Below are positions 49,205 to 61,138 of a DNA stretch of 64,000 bases, in pieces. This DNA comes from Amphiscolops sp. MND2022 (lineage: Eukaryota). The stretch spans positions 23,872,001 to 23,936,000 of the forward strand of contig OZ076409.1 of the NCBI GenBank assembly GCA_964187785.1, given 5' to 3'. The first letter of the stretch is position 1, and the number at the start of each line of letters is the position of its first letter. The notes beneath the pieces were generated by a model, which saw only the letters and a program-made list of their open reading frames with translations, was not told the DNA's origin and made no database searches. The translations under genes and the position numbers were made by a program.

Positions 49205-49473
49205 TGTACTGACCTACATTAATAACCAATAGTATTTAGATGTTTATAGAATGTTCTAGAATGTACATTTATTTGTTATTGAATGATTGTAAATCTCTAC
49301 TCCTTCAGAGAGAGAAAACTAATAATCAGTATTCAGTTGACTTCCTTTTTGTTCTACTCCTAACACCTCGGAATAGTTGTAATAAAGTAAGCTAGCTAGC
49401 CTGTCTCTCAACCGCTTTTAGTAGTTGCGTATAAGACCATCAAAAACAATAACCAACCATTAAAAGCAGCACA
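49205..49473 (+). repeat. 3' LTR of giant element
   Basis: 267/269 identical to the 5' LTR; followed by TSD AAAC. Confidence 0.97.
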
Positions 49474-49863
49474 AAACGGGAATATGTAAGAATATGCAAG
49501 ATCTTGGCAAGAGTTCCAAGAGTTTTTACACTGGGTTATCATTTAATCAGCATGTGATAATCTTTGGTTTTAAAATAACGCCAACTCGAAAGTAGCTACC
49601 GGCTTGAGAGTATGATTTTTGAAACAGACATCTGTTTTTCGTTTTGTTCAGTTAGACTGAGAATCTTCAGCAAGGTATACTATTTAAAATATATCTAGTG
49701 AGCTTGCCGTACTTATGTACCATCGACCTTTGTATCTCTGGTCATTTTCCGCCCTCACAATTTCTATTGTGTAGAAGGAGGAAAATCATCATCTGTGTTT
49801 TTTCCCAAATTCCGCCAAGAATCCATTTGTGATATATCGATTAATGATATATATTCTATTCAA

Positions 49864-49942
49864 GTTAGTCATGGTGGCCCAGTTTGTAGGGCGTACGCCT
49901 GCTAGTCAGAAGGCGTGAGTTCGAACCTGTGCTGGAGCCTGA
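49864..49942 (+). repeat. tRNA-derived SINE head
   Basis: A-box-like TGGCCCAGTTTG and B-box-like GAGTTCGAACC; not a full tRNA. Confidence 0.45.
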
Positions 49943-50069
49943 ATTTTTTTCTGTTTTCCCAGGCAGTACGGCGTCTTTATACTTTTTTTTTGCTATACGA
50001 GTGTGGGAGAAAACATCCCGGAGTTTAGCAAGCTTCTTGTTTCGAATTCCTTGTTGACATTTTTATCAG

Positions 50070-50296
50070 ATCCCGACAAACCAACCCTCACAAATACTTT
50101 CTTGAACAACACAATCATAGAGCTGAAATGGACCCTGGAATATGGCTCTGCCGATGAGTACACTGTAACCTTTGAACCACCCCTGGAAGATTCAACTCAT
50201 GGAACAATCGGGTCCACCAAGGAAACAGGATTCGTCACCACTTCGCCTGAAGCTGTCTTCAGCAACTTGACAAACCATGCTGTCTATATTATAAAG
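50070..50296 (+). CDS. FN3-repeat TM protein exon
   Basis: (Y)PDKPTL...IELKWTLEYGSADEYTVTF...FSNLTNHAVYIIK; ttttatcag| acceptor, phase 1/0. Confidence 0.85.
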
Positions 50297-50952
50297 GTTT
50301 ACTTTCACATGAAATTGAAAATTTTCATGCAATTTACACGCAAGCATTCATTTTTAGTAAGCCAATTATTTCATCAGTTTCTGTTTGTACAACAAAAGGA
50401 CCAACTCACCAAAAATGTTACTTTATACCAAACACAAAGTAAAGTCGTTCGGGCAGTAAATTGTAATGGCTCTTCTCCAAAAGGAGACCTCAGATACTTT
50501 CTGCAAAGTTGAAACAAAATACGGCGCAATAAAAACCTTTTTCTTCAATAAAGTCATCCTCATAAAAACACCACATCTTCAAAACTGCATTCATGTAAAA
50601 CAGAAAAAGATCCAAACAAACATAAAACAGAAATGAATTCTTGGAACAAAATTGAATTGTCCAGGGTACGTTCAAATCTCTCTGAACGTTTTTCATTGTC
50701 GTTAGGCCGTCTATGCCAGGATTTGTGAGATGGCTAATTAGGACTGGTCGATGACTGATAAAACCATGACCTTATCATATTGACCAGTTATCAGTCTTTT
50801 GGAGTCCTTTGCAGTCCTTGATGTCAGATTTTTGTTAACAGCTGTGGCGCAATAAGACTAGGCGCTTATTGACTTCCATGGCCACTACAAATCACTCGTT
50901 AATAGCATTTCTGCAAGTTTGTAAGTTCTCATGGAAAACTGTTCGTTTTCAG

Positions 50953-51022
50953 GTTTATGCAACGTTTTGCAATCTGGTTGGTGAATTTGGTCATCTGGCT
51001 ATTCGCACAGCTCCAAAAGCCC
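50953..51022 (+). CDS. FN3-repeat TM protein exon (VYATFCNLVGEFGHLAIRTAPKA)
   Basis: ttttcag| acceptor and C|gttagt donor, phase 0/1; completes the FN3 F/G strands. Confidence 0.75.
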
Positions 51023-51369
51023 GTTAGTGACTGCTTCGAGCGCCCTGATCATTCTTTTGGTCTGTAAATGTCATGTAAAATGATTTTGCAGTAATATTTG
51101 GAACAATTTTCTTGAAACTGATGTTGAGCCTCTTACTTTTAATACACTGATTACTGCGATGAGTCATCGATGACAACTCAGTGTGGTCCCATGAATGCCT
51201 CATCGATGGTCCATCGATGGCTGGTCTTTCGTAACAAGGTCGACGGTCATATCAATGGTCCATCAATGTGGAAGCGATGGTCCATTGATCACTCATGGAT
51301 GAGCTGCTCTGCAATCTCAACTCGGAACAAAATTTCAAGAACATTTCTCTAAATTCTGTTTTTTTTCAG

Positions 51370-51514
51370 CTCCCTTGGAACTCGCTAGCATGACTCCCCC
51401 GGTTGCGGCAGTGGTGTTCTTCACCATTGGAGTATTCGTCACAGCTGCTGCGTACGCGGTGCTTCTTCTGGTCGGCTTCTGGGTCTTCACTCAGCCTCCT
51501 CCTCCGCCCCCACC
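51370..51514 (+). CDS. FN3-repeat TM protein exon with the transmembrane helix
   Basis: VAAVVFFTIGVFVTAAAYAVLLLVGFWVF then QPPPPPP; ttttcag| acceptor and CC|gtatgt donor, phase 1/2. Confidence 0.85.
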
Positions 51515-52863
51515 GTATGTGATTTTTCAAATAGCATTCAAAAAGTTGAGCTATCGATTTCTCATTGGAAGTATTTGAAACTTCAAATATTACTCCCGTC
51601 TTCAACCAAAAGCATCAAGTCAATCAAAAACGCTTTTCGGACCAAGTCATCTATTTCCCCCCAAACTGCGGCAGGGGAAAATAAGAGAGAAGGTTCAAAC
51701 ACCATTATGTCGGCATCGTTTACGTTGGAATTTTGGTCCAATAAATTAATTGATGTCGACATAATCCTATCCACTTGTCGCAGGCTGCCGCCTGTGATGG
51801 TACGAAAATAACTACAACCGCAGACGGTCAGGGAATAGCACCTGGAACCCTCCCCATTTATTGAAATATAAACTAATAAACACTTTCTGCTCAATCAATT
51901 TACTTGTTAAGCTATTTTGGAAGCACCGTTGCTATGATTATTTTATTAGTCTGTTAACCGTTGATAAATGATCAAATTTGCTGTAAAGTTTTCACAAGAT
52001 TGACAAATACAAGCTGAAGTAAGTGTACTAAGCAGCGGAAAGAAAACGAGTTCGAATACGGAAAAGTCCTTTCTTTTGCTTGCTTGATAGTGATAATTCA
52101 ACCAATCACAGTGCAGTGCTTGTAGTACTATTCCTAAGTATCATTAATACCAGCCGATTACGACTAATTGACCAAGCAGAGCTAACAAGTAATGGAACAC
52201 CACACCAGTCAAATGGCCGGTTCCGGCCATTCATTCTTTTAATCACGTGCAGTGTGCTGCTTTGCTAATATTTTTCTAGACCTGTCTAAATAGTACTTAA
52301 GTTGCTTTCTTTCATGTATTACAGTAAATAAGTACTGCCAAGTAATGATTTGCCAATTGGAGATGCTACTATTATGTGCCGGTCCTTGGAGGAAATATGA
52401 CGGAAGATATGTCCGTCCCAGGATGAATATCCCATTTTAACCACTTCAACATGAATGTTGAAACATGAAAATTGGTGTAGTATTTAGCCGGATATACATT
52501 TTTTTACATTACAGTGCATCTGCAAGCTTTTTCTGAGCGTTTTGCGAAAATCAGGACACGAAATCTCGGAAACCGAGACGCGTGCACTGAATTCATTCCC
52601 CTTTGATGTCCACTGCCTTAGCTTCCTTTGAAGTTGAAATCTTACTTTCCGCAATTTTGTGTCTTGGCAAGTTAATGGGGCCAATTAATTGCCACTTATG
52701 CCAGGCCTCAATAGCGCCAATTATTTCGAGAGCAAATAGTGCTCAGTGCTAAATGTGTCTCAGATTCCAAAATTTTATCCAATAGAGTAATTCGTACGCC
52801 TACATTCCGCAACACGTATATCCTGTTTCCGCATTTTTTAAAATAATTTATTCCAGTTGGTAT

Positions 52864-53428
52864 AAATGTATTTCACTTTTGTATATCACTATATACACTC
52901 AGTATAAATATTTTGCACTTTAGTAAAGTGTTGAAAGAAATTTTCCTTTTTCGTTTTTTTCAAATTCATTTTCAAATTTCATTTTTTTCAAATTCCAATG
53001 CAGTTGGTATAATTGTAGTACCATAGGATGAATGTAGTACAATCCGCAACACGTATATTCTGGTTCCGCATTTTGTCTTGATACAAAATAAGTAATGTTA
53101 TGATACAAAACTAGTAATGTTCATGTTCGGAAACAACTTTCTGTTAATCACGATTTGACCCACGATTGGAACCAAAATATAAATTCAATTCCACACTAAT
53201 GACTTCAATAAATCTTTCATTTTTTTTACAATTTCATTACAATTGGTAGAAATGTAGTATTTCTCTATTGTATTTCACTTTTGTATATCACTATGTACAA
53301 TCAGTATAAATATTTTGCACTTTGGTAAAGTGTTGAAAGAAATTTTCCTTTTTCGTTTTTTTAAAAATTCATTTTCAAATTTCATTTTTTCAAATTCAAA
53401 TGCAGTCTGTATAATTGTAGTACGATAG
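52864..53428. repeat. ~160-bp direct repeat pair (52864-53026, 53269-53428), probably within a rolling-circle element
   Basis: Near-identical copies; the adjacent minus-strand ATCTATACTATAC at ~53452 resembles a Helitron 5' end. Confidence 0.55.
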
Positions 53429-54351
53429 TATAGTAGTATAGTATAGTATAGATGAAAGGAAGAGAAGCCGACAGTTTTACGGAAAGAGAGACATTGATTT
53501 TAACTTGTTTGTGGAAATTGACTTTGTATTTACTCTCCGGCTTATTAAATTTGATTTCAGCTAATTAAAATGTAAGTGGAAAGTAAGACGCTGAAATTTG
53601 CAGCCATCTGATTGGTTGTAATGCACTTTGTGGAATCCAAGACACGAATTTGGCGGCATCTTGTCGGCATTTGTCGGCATATTTTTGGTCCCAGTTTCCG
53701 CAAAATGAAACCGGCTAACGTATTAACCCATGCCCTCGGATTCCGAAAAACGCCGATTTTCGTGGCGTGGATTCCGCAAAATCAGTGCTAAATTGCCAAT
53801 TTTGCACGCTTTAAGACATGTCTGCGGAATCGGAGGGCCTACACGCACAGAAATGTGTCTGTAGCGATTTAGCTTGCAGATGCACAGTAATGTACGTACA
53901 TGAGTGCGTGATTGAAAATGTTTATGCATATTTCCAATGTCATTGTGTTGATGACATTGATATTTGTTGATATTTATTGGAGATGCTACCCTTCTTGATA
54001 CATTTTGATACATTCCTTCTTAACCCGATTAGGCCAAATTCCTAAGGTGCTTTGATAAAGTTGACACCGCTAGTAAAGTGTAATGCTAATGGCGAAATCT
54101 CACCCTAGTCATGTGCCCTTCGTGGAATTTGTAACTTAAAGCCGCATAATACTTTGTTTGACGAAACGCAATTGGAATGTTATTTCCGTTTATACAACAA
54201 TGTAAAAAATCTGTATGTTACTTTCTCAGAGGTATATATTCTCATGCTTTCCTTGAGAAAAACACAATTTGTTTGGTTCTACAACCATTCACACTCTTTG
54301 ATAATATCCAAACTTGATTTCCTAATGGAATTTTACAATCAGGATTTCTTG

Positions 54352-54916
54352 ATGCCTACCACTAGAAAATAAAAACAAAAGAAAGCTAGAAAAATTAGAG
54401 GAGCAGAATTGTTATATGACATTGAAAATCGAGATATTATGTTGGGAAGCAATCACCTAGACAGGGAAGGAAGTAAGTTTAGCGACTCCATTAGGAGGCC
54501 TGATAGTCCAAATTTCAATGCACCAGAGAATAACGAGGAGAACAGTTACCCCAACTCTAGGGAAAATAGATCAAGTAACAGTATCAATTACGGCCGTACC
54601 TCAGCTGGTACAGACTCTAGTGATGAGTTTTACAGATTATCAGGCGAGCTCAACTTAAGGATCTCGAGAGAAATGAGGTTATGAATTGTGTCAGAGTTCA
54701 ACACCAAAGGGCTATTAATGACGCGATAAGCAATCAAGTTTTGCCCCAAATTCAAAACAACCTCATTGCCAGTTTAGGACAGATGACACAGAAAGGATGG
54801 AATGTCTCGGCCGAACGTGATGCCGAAGGTATTTGAAACGGAAAGTCAGAAGTAGTTCAAGGAGAGAGCCTTCCGTAATCGTCTTCATGATGAAAACCCA
54901 GACAGTACTCGCGACA
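54352..54916 (+). mobile_element. Decayed coding-LTR-like remnant (MPTTRK...; ends CGCGACA)
   Basis: Peptide start resembles MSTTRSQKRR in the LTR at 60503-61532 and the end resembles CGTAACA; no PBS or internal part follows. Confidence 0.35.
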
Positions 54917-55502
54917 CCATTACATTGTCTGCCAGTTAAAAGTTGCTCATTAGATTTTATAGCGCACAAAATTTGCGCTGAGAAGGGGACATTTTATACG
55001 ATTTTTGCTTGTTCCAAACGTGAATTTCTGATATTTTGGACAATAATATCGAATAATTATGATAAATTTTTTTTTTACAAGAAGTGTCCAAACAGTTGTA
55101 GCGACAATCCTCTAAGTTTATACTTCCATATACTGTTCTCTTATTAGTGAAATATTTTTGTTCAAAAACAAAATGTGCTTTCGTGCTTTCGTGTTGAGGG
55201 GAAAGTCTCAACAAGGTGTAACAAGGGAAAAAAGATGACATGGTCCTGCTTTTCTTATATTTGTCAGGCACTTTAGTTAGATTATTTCAATATTTTTATT
55301 GTGCGTTAGTAAAATCGAATATGAAACACTAGGAGCCTGCTGGGAACAACTTTGTAGAATCACCTTGCAGCTACCACTATTTTAATCGCAGTAGACAACA
55401 TTTCACCGTTGTCAACTCCATCATGTTGTCTTCTCACGTTCGCTTCTCTGTCGATTTTGTATAATTACCGTTAGTCAAATAGCACACTGAAAAGGACTCT
55501 TG

Positions 55503-56035
55503 TTAGTCGGCGCCTTTTCCCTTAAGGAAAAAAGCCCGACTCTTACAGTGAGTAGTTTTTTTTGTTTTTTTTTGTGACAATCTTACTCTGAGTGGTCCAC
55601 TTTTCTTACAATTTGTTCATATTTCATATTCGTTCATCTTCCATCTTCGACCCAGCCGGAGAGCGTGGGTTCGATTCTCGCACTAAACTATAAATTTTTT
55701 AATGCTTCCAAAAGTACAGGTGAGACCAAAGGGTCCCCCCTTTGGTTTTTTTTCGGCACTATGCGACTTTTTCCGAAAATTTTCGAAATTTATCAAAGGG
55801 TACCCCCTTGCATTTTTTTGATGTTTTCGGTTTGTAGAAAACGTTGAATGGGCCTGAATGGCCTCTTTTTGAGTTTTTCGGCATTGTGCGACTTAAAAAT
55901 ACTTTTTTCGAAAAAAAAATCAAAAATAAATTTTTTGAAAAAAAAATAATTTTTTCCAAATTTTTCCAATAGTTGTTCCTTGAATATTTTTGAGCCTAAG
56001 ATTTGGCGCCGACTTGGGACGTTCCCGTCTTGTTT
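55503..56035 (+). mobile_element. HINE/DINE-1-like Helentron non-autonomous element (best copy)
   Basis: 5' TT-AGTCGGCGCC with nearby inverted CCCGACT; 3' GGCGCCGACT plus stem-loop GGGACGTTCCC plus TTGTTT; internal tRNA B-box-like GGTTCGATTC. Confidence 0.75.
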
Positions 56036-57448
56036 GTAATTTACAAAATGACAAAATTTAGTTTGCATTAGAATGATTGTGCAATTGGTGAGGTATCAGC
56101 TGCATTATTAAAGCCGGCAAATTTTCAGGGCTTCGAAATGCCGCTATGGCTAATAAATTCAATTGAAAGTGGAAAGTTAAATTATTGAAACTTTCCATAA
56201 ATTTTCCAAAATACTTGATGACGTGCTTGGCAACTTCCTTGGTTGGAACTGCTTGAACTTTTTACAAGTTTTTGGAGGTTACCAAGCTACTTTTTCATGA
56301 TTTTATAAAATTCTCAAGGAAACCTCAATGCATTAAAACTTCACTGATGCAATTTAAACTTATCAAGTTGCCTACAAGATGCATTCTAAATTTGGCTGCA
56401 ATTCTGAGCCGCGAAGTTTTGCAAGTTTCATAAAGACGCCGTTCTAATTTTGAAAGCAGCTGAGACCTTCGTCAATTTTAACGCGGTTTCAATGCAAATA
56501 ATCTTCAGTTGCATTATAAGTTTCAAAGTAGCGTCAAATTCAGCGTGCAGTTTGACTAACGGTGTTTACATAAGGTACTTACTTGAGAAACTTACGCGTG
56601 AAAACAAAATGATCGCGGTGGTGAAGAAGTGGAAATGTTTTCAGTTTTAACTCAAATAGTGAAGGCTGCATGGTAATCCTACAAAATGTTTCCATGCAGG
56701 ATTCCTGATTTTTCCATGTTTTATAAAAAACAGTTTGCCGGCATTTTTTGACGGTGCCTGTAAAACTTCGCGGCAACTTCGACCAGGGTTACTGATACAT
56801 GAAAAGATTTATACTGTTTCAACTTGGGAAAAAGCTAAGATCAGGTGAAATATCATCAATGTGTTCATTGTCCTTCTATTGAAATTGAACCATAAAATCA
56901 GAATGGTATGCAACGGGCCATTACCGCTCACTTTTGTACTTTTTTAAATTGAGAAAGGTTTTAAATTGTATTATCTGTAACATTGAAAGATCTGTAGAAA
57001 ATGGCTCATTTTTCAGTTATTTGATGTGGCAAAAAAAGACTCTAGAAGTTTCGCAACAGGCCCGTGCTATCCTTAGTCGAGACTGCTGGAACTTTTTACA
57101 TGCTGCAGGCTTGCATGGAGGATCATTTTTCATAGAGCCTAGAAAATTCAGTCATCTTCCGGATGTAATTTTTTGTAGAAATACACTGCCGTTTGCTGTG
57201 TTGAAATTAAAATGGTTAACATTTCCCACTTCGTTATCGACATGATCACATTGTATTCACACTTTGATTTCTCAACTACTCTGCTACAATCACCGCTTCT
57301 CAAATAGCACGCTGAGTATGAACGTTTCCGTGAGAATTCTAGAAAATCACAATAAAAGTTGGTTGCAACTTCAAGGAATATGCAAAAAGTTCAAGGAATT
57401 TCAACAAAGGATGTCTATAGACAAGTTCAGTTCATTTTTTTCTTTCAG

Positions 57449-57548
57449 ACCCCCTGAACCTGAGATCCCACCCAATTGGCGAATCAACAGAGCTTTCGAG
57501 ATGAAGGCTGACTACAACTTGATGATGTTCGGCAATGGAGACATTTGA
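57449..57548 (+). CDS. FN3-repeat TM protein terminal exon (cytoplasmic tail, stop)
   Basis: tttttttctttcag| acceptor, phase 2 continues the proline run: (P)PPEPEIPPNWRINRAFEMKADYNLMMFGNGDI*. Confidence 0.75.
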
Positions 57549-60500
57549 GAAACCAAAAAAAAACGTCAAAGTCTATCTCCATTACACCTATTTGTAAATT
57601 ATGTAATATAAATTATTGCGATTACCAAACATGATTGCAGAAGGTACAGCCAAAACTTGTGACTATGCGTCTTGGGTCTCGCGTTCCTAATTTGAGGCTA
57701 TAGCTATAAATTTGTATACAATTATCAAATACTTCATGATTTTGATTGAAAACCAAACACTAAACATACTTTAAAGTTTAATTTTTACAATTTTAAAGTA
57801 GAGCTACATCGAATATATTTACGCAGATAAAGCCTCGAACAGTTAGTTAAACTTTCGAATAATTTCATTTGCGTATGTCAAGATGAAATCTAAAACTTTA
57901 AACTTTATCAACTGCGTGTTCGAATCTGCTTTAAATGTCTTTTTGATGGAATTTTCAAGCCGTTTTCAAGACATTGATTTTAATTCTAAAAATGTTGCTA
58001 ATTGATTTGCGGATATATCGACTTTTGGTCATCAAGTGTAACTCTACTTTTTTATATGATCTGATTTTCTGGCCCTTTACTACCAAAATAAGCACGTAGA
58101 AGTTATGTCATTTGTTAAAACGAAGCAAAGCATGTTTTTGTAGAAATTCCATTTCAGAAGTTACAATAAGAATTAATAGCAAGTTGGAACAACTCCTTCT
58201 CACAGCTTGTAAATATATTTTTTCAGCACTCGTTTTTTCTTCCAAAAGTGCAGCAGTTTTGCCTCGAGGAAAATTTCTAACTAAGCCGTGTTTTTCCTTA
58301 ATTTTCCCAAATTAAATTTTTATACACAAATGATGTAGGTCCTTTCAAAGACCTGATCTATCATTTAAAAAGTAGGTTCATAGCATATCTAATAGCAGAG
58401 TTATTCAAACGTTTTTTTAGAAAAAGTGCCCCATAAACCATGACCCCAAAATTGACCGTAGATTCACATATGACGAAGTTCACCAATTTTTGACTATTTA
58501 TTGGCAAGCTTTTGTACCGTTTTCAAAAACTAGTAGCTTAGAATATCCATCCGATCAGTTCGGAACAATTAGCCATCTAGTATGTTTTTTAGAAGAGAAA
58601 TCGCACACGATTTTTATACAGATTTTTTCGAGACATGAGTCAATGATTTTGCAAACGAATCATTTGGATGATGAGCTTACTTTTGTTGAAAACGTTTTTG
58701 ATTTAAAATGCCTGAGTGGACTAAAAATTGTTAAATTATCAATTTTCAAGCGTCATGCAAATTATGCCAGATTTTGATGGCTCCTGGGTATAACACCAAG
58801 AGAGCTCATTAAAAATATTCCCCTTAACTATCTTTTTTAAGAAAAAAAAGGTTAAGAAACTTTCCTGAGCCTGAAATGGACCAGAAAATATCACTTTAAA
58901 CATTTTTGCTTTAGAAATTTTTCGGATGTTTCGTCGACTACGAATGATAAGAGAATTGAACAATTAAAAATCACGTTTTTTCCGAAACAAAATTTGAATG
59001 ATTCTCTGGAGAACTTAGCAAAATGAACAAAAGTGTGTCTAACACGTTGTCACAGTCCGCTCCCGGACTGGATTGTGGATGTAGACGGATTGGGTTCGGA
59101 CGAGGACACGGCTGTACAGCGAAACTTTCGAAAAGGTATTTTGGCTACTGACTTGAACTTTCATACTAATGTTAGAATAAACTGTGACTAAAAGTACGTC
59201 TAACGTGCGCAAAGTTTAGATGAAAATGAGAACAGAAACTAAAATGAGCAAAAATGATTTCACACACTTCCGGTAGGACGTTTTCATCTCGTCAAAATAG
59301 AAACATTCGCCACCTGAAAACTTAATTAAGAATACGTCTTGAAATAAAGACCATAGACCGATCTAAACAAAAATATACCCAAAATCACCACTGGAAAAAG
59401 GACATCATCTGGATCTAAAATAGAAAGTACATTGAGATGACACACTGAAATATCCACTCCTTTTCTAAGAAAGGCGGCTTAATTGCACTTTGAACAGCAA
59501 TTAGTACGGATTAGGACGTCGGCACTGCGCTAGGTAAACAAAATAAAGAATACATGTATATTAGACGTCGGTAAGAAGCAGACTTGAAACTATATAGTGT
59601 GACGTCACCGTTCCGTCCGCGCTCACTAGAGAACCATTCCAATTTACCGCCTATATTAGTGACACTACTTAAAATCATTCCAATTTTCCGCCATAGTGAC
59701 GTCACGGTATTGCCTTCTCGGCGCGGACTAATTCTTACTTCAAATTTACGTCCGCGTTACGTCCAATACCGGTGGTCTATAGCCAATCTTAATACGTACG
59801 TCCACGTTACGTCCGAAATCCATCAAAATAGTTGGTTTAACCCAACCAATTCAGTGGAATGAATATTAATATGTCGGATTTGACGGAAAAGAAACGTTTA
59901 AAGATGTTTTAGAAATCTACGAGGTTAAGGATAAAACTTGATAATTTACGTCCTGTTCCCGTCAATAAAAATACTAATCTTTTGGAATCACATTGTAAAA
60001 TGACCCGATTAGGATTTCCATATTCTTCATAATTAAAGTCACAGTTTATTCCAAAAAGGGGAATGTTATTAATGTACATTTTATGCTGTTTGAAGCAGAC
60101 CATAAATATGATTGTGTGTAACCTGACGTCAATCTGACGTATCTGAAAAGTTATGGGCTATGAACCAGCAAAGATTATATTTTAATAATGAGGTCATATT
60201 TTTGTAATATTCATATTCGTGTTTTCCCCCAATATAACTGTGCTTGTTGTTGTTTTTATACATCTCATTGTGATCATTTTCATACTACTTTTGGCAACTG
60301 ACTGTTTCACTTTTATTAGTTCAATCCAACGACGTTAAGACGTCAAAGTTTAAACTCGAGTATGAATGAATTCAATTATGAAATTCATACTCGTTAATAC
60401 CTTTGATTTTAACACGTCATAGCTCCGTCCACCTTTTCAGCCAATTTTGTAGAAGCCAAGAGCTGTTGCCAAATCATTCTAGTTTTCTAATGTAAACGTT

Positions 60501-61138
60501 GGTGTTACGTTAATTTGGTTTAATTACTATTTATCTGAATTGGGAATTCAACTCAAAAATTGAAGCTAATTCCATAGTTTGTCTTTACTTTTCCTAGCAT
60601 CATTGGAAATTCCAAAGCTGAAAACATTAGTCATAGCATTTCCTTCAAGTAAAAATTCAAAATCAGGTATTAGTTGTTCACGTCGGCGTCATCTCCGCGT
60701 CATTTTCCTACGAACCAAAGCAGTAAAACAGGGAATCATTTCCGGTTTGACAGACTGAAGTAATATCTACTTCCTGCTTGGGAGGAAAGCAAAGGACGCC
60801 GAGCTGAAATGATATGATCGTGGTTGATGACTAATGCTAGATCGAAATTGTCGTGTCTTAAAAATTGACGAGTTATCGACGTAAAATTGGGAACAAAATG
60901 ATTTTTTCATCGAAAATACAGGAAATGACTAATTGTTCGAGGAAAATTAGGATTTTAATCGTGATCAAATGACGCTAGGAGGATATATATAGGATGATTT
61001 TCATTGACTCAGGGACTCAGTCTTTTGCAATTGTTTAATTCAGTTGAATTCTCAATTTCGCTAAACTCTCATCTCAACTAACTTTGTTGAAAATTGTCTT
61101 TGGAAAAATCAATTCTTCAAGATAAAGTTTTCTTCAAA

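Larger units (their letters stand above)
31000..49473 (+). mobile_element. Giant (18,474 bp) env-bearing Ty3/Gypsy LTR retroelement / endogenous retrovirus-like provirus
   Basis: 269-bp TG...CA LTRs, 4-bp TSD AAAC, PBS, PPT, PR-RT-RH-IN order, env and extra ORFs. Confidence 0.97.
30518..49535. mobile_element. ~540-bp CMC/EnSpm-like MITE split by the giant LTR element (parts 30518-30999 and 49478-49535)
   Basis: 28-bp TIR CCCAGTGT(G/A)AAAACTCTTG(C/G)AACTCTTG with 2 mismatches; TT on both flanks (2-bp TSD); internal TCTTG/CAAGA repeats. Confidence 0.75.

Noticed and set aside
49864..49942. Functional tRNA gene (also 342-421)
   Set aside because: Only A/B-box-like motifs; no consistent acceptor or anticodon stems.
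59460..60150. Cluster of GACGT/TGACGTCA motifs as a CRE-type enhancer
   Set aside because: More likely subterminal repeats of a degraded DNA transposon; ends not identified and no linked gene start is visible.
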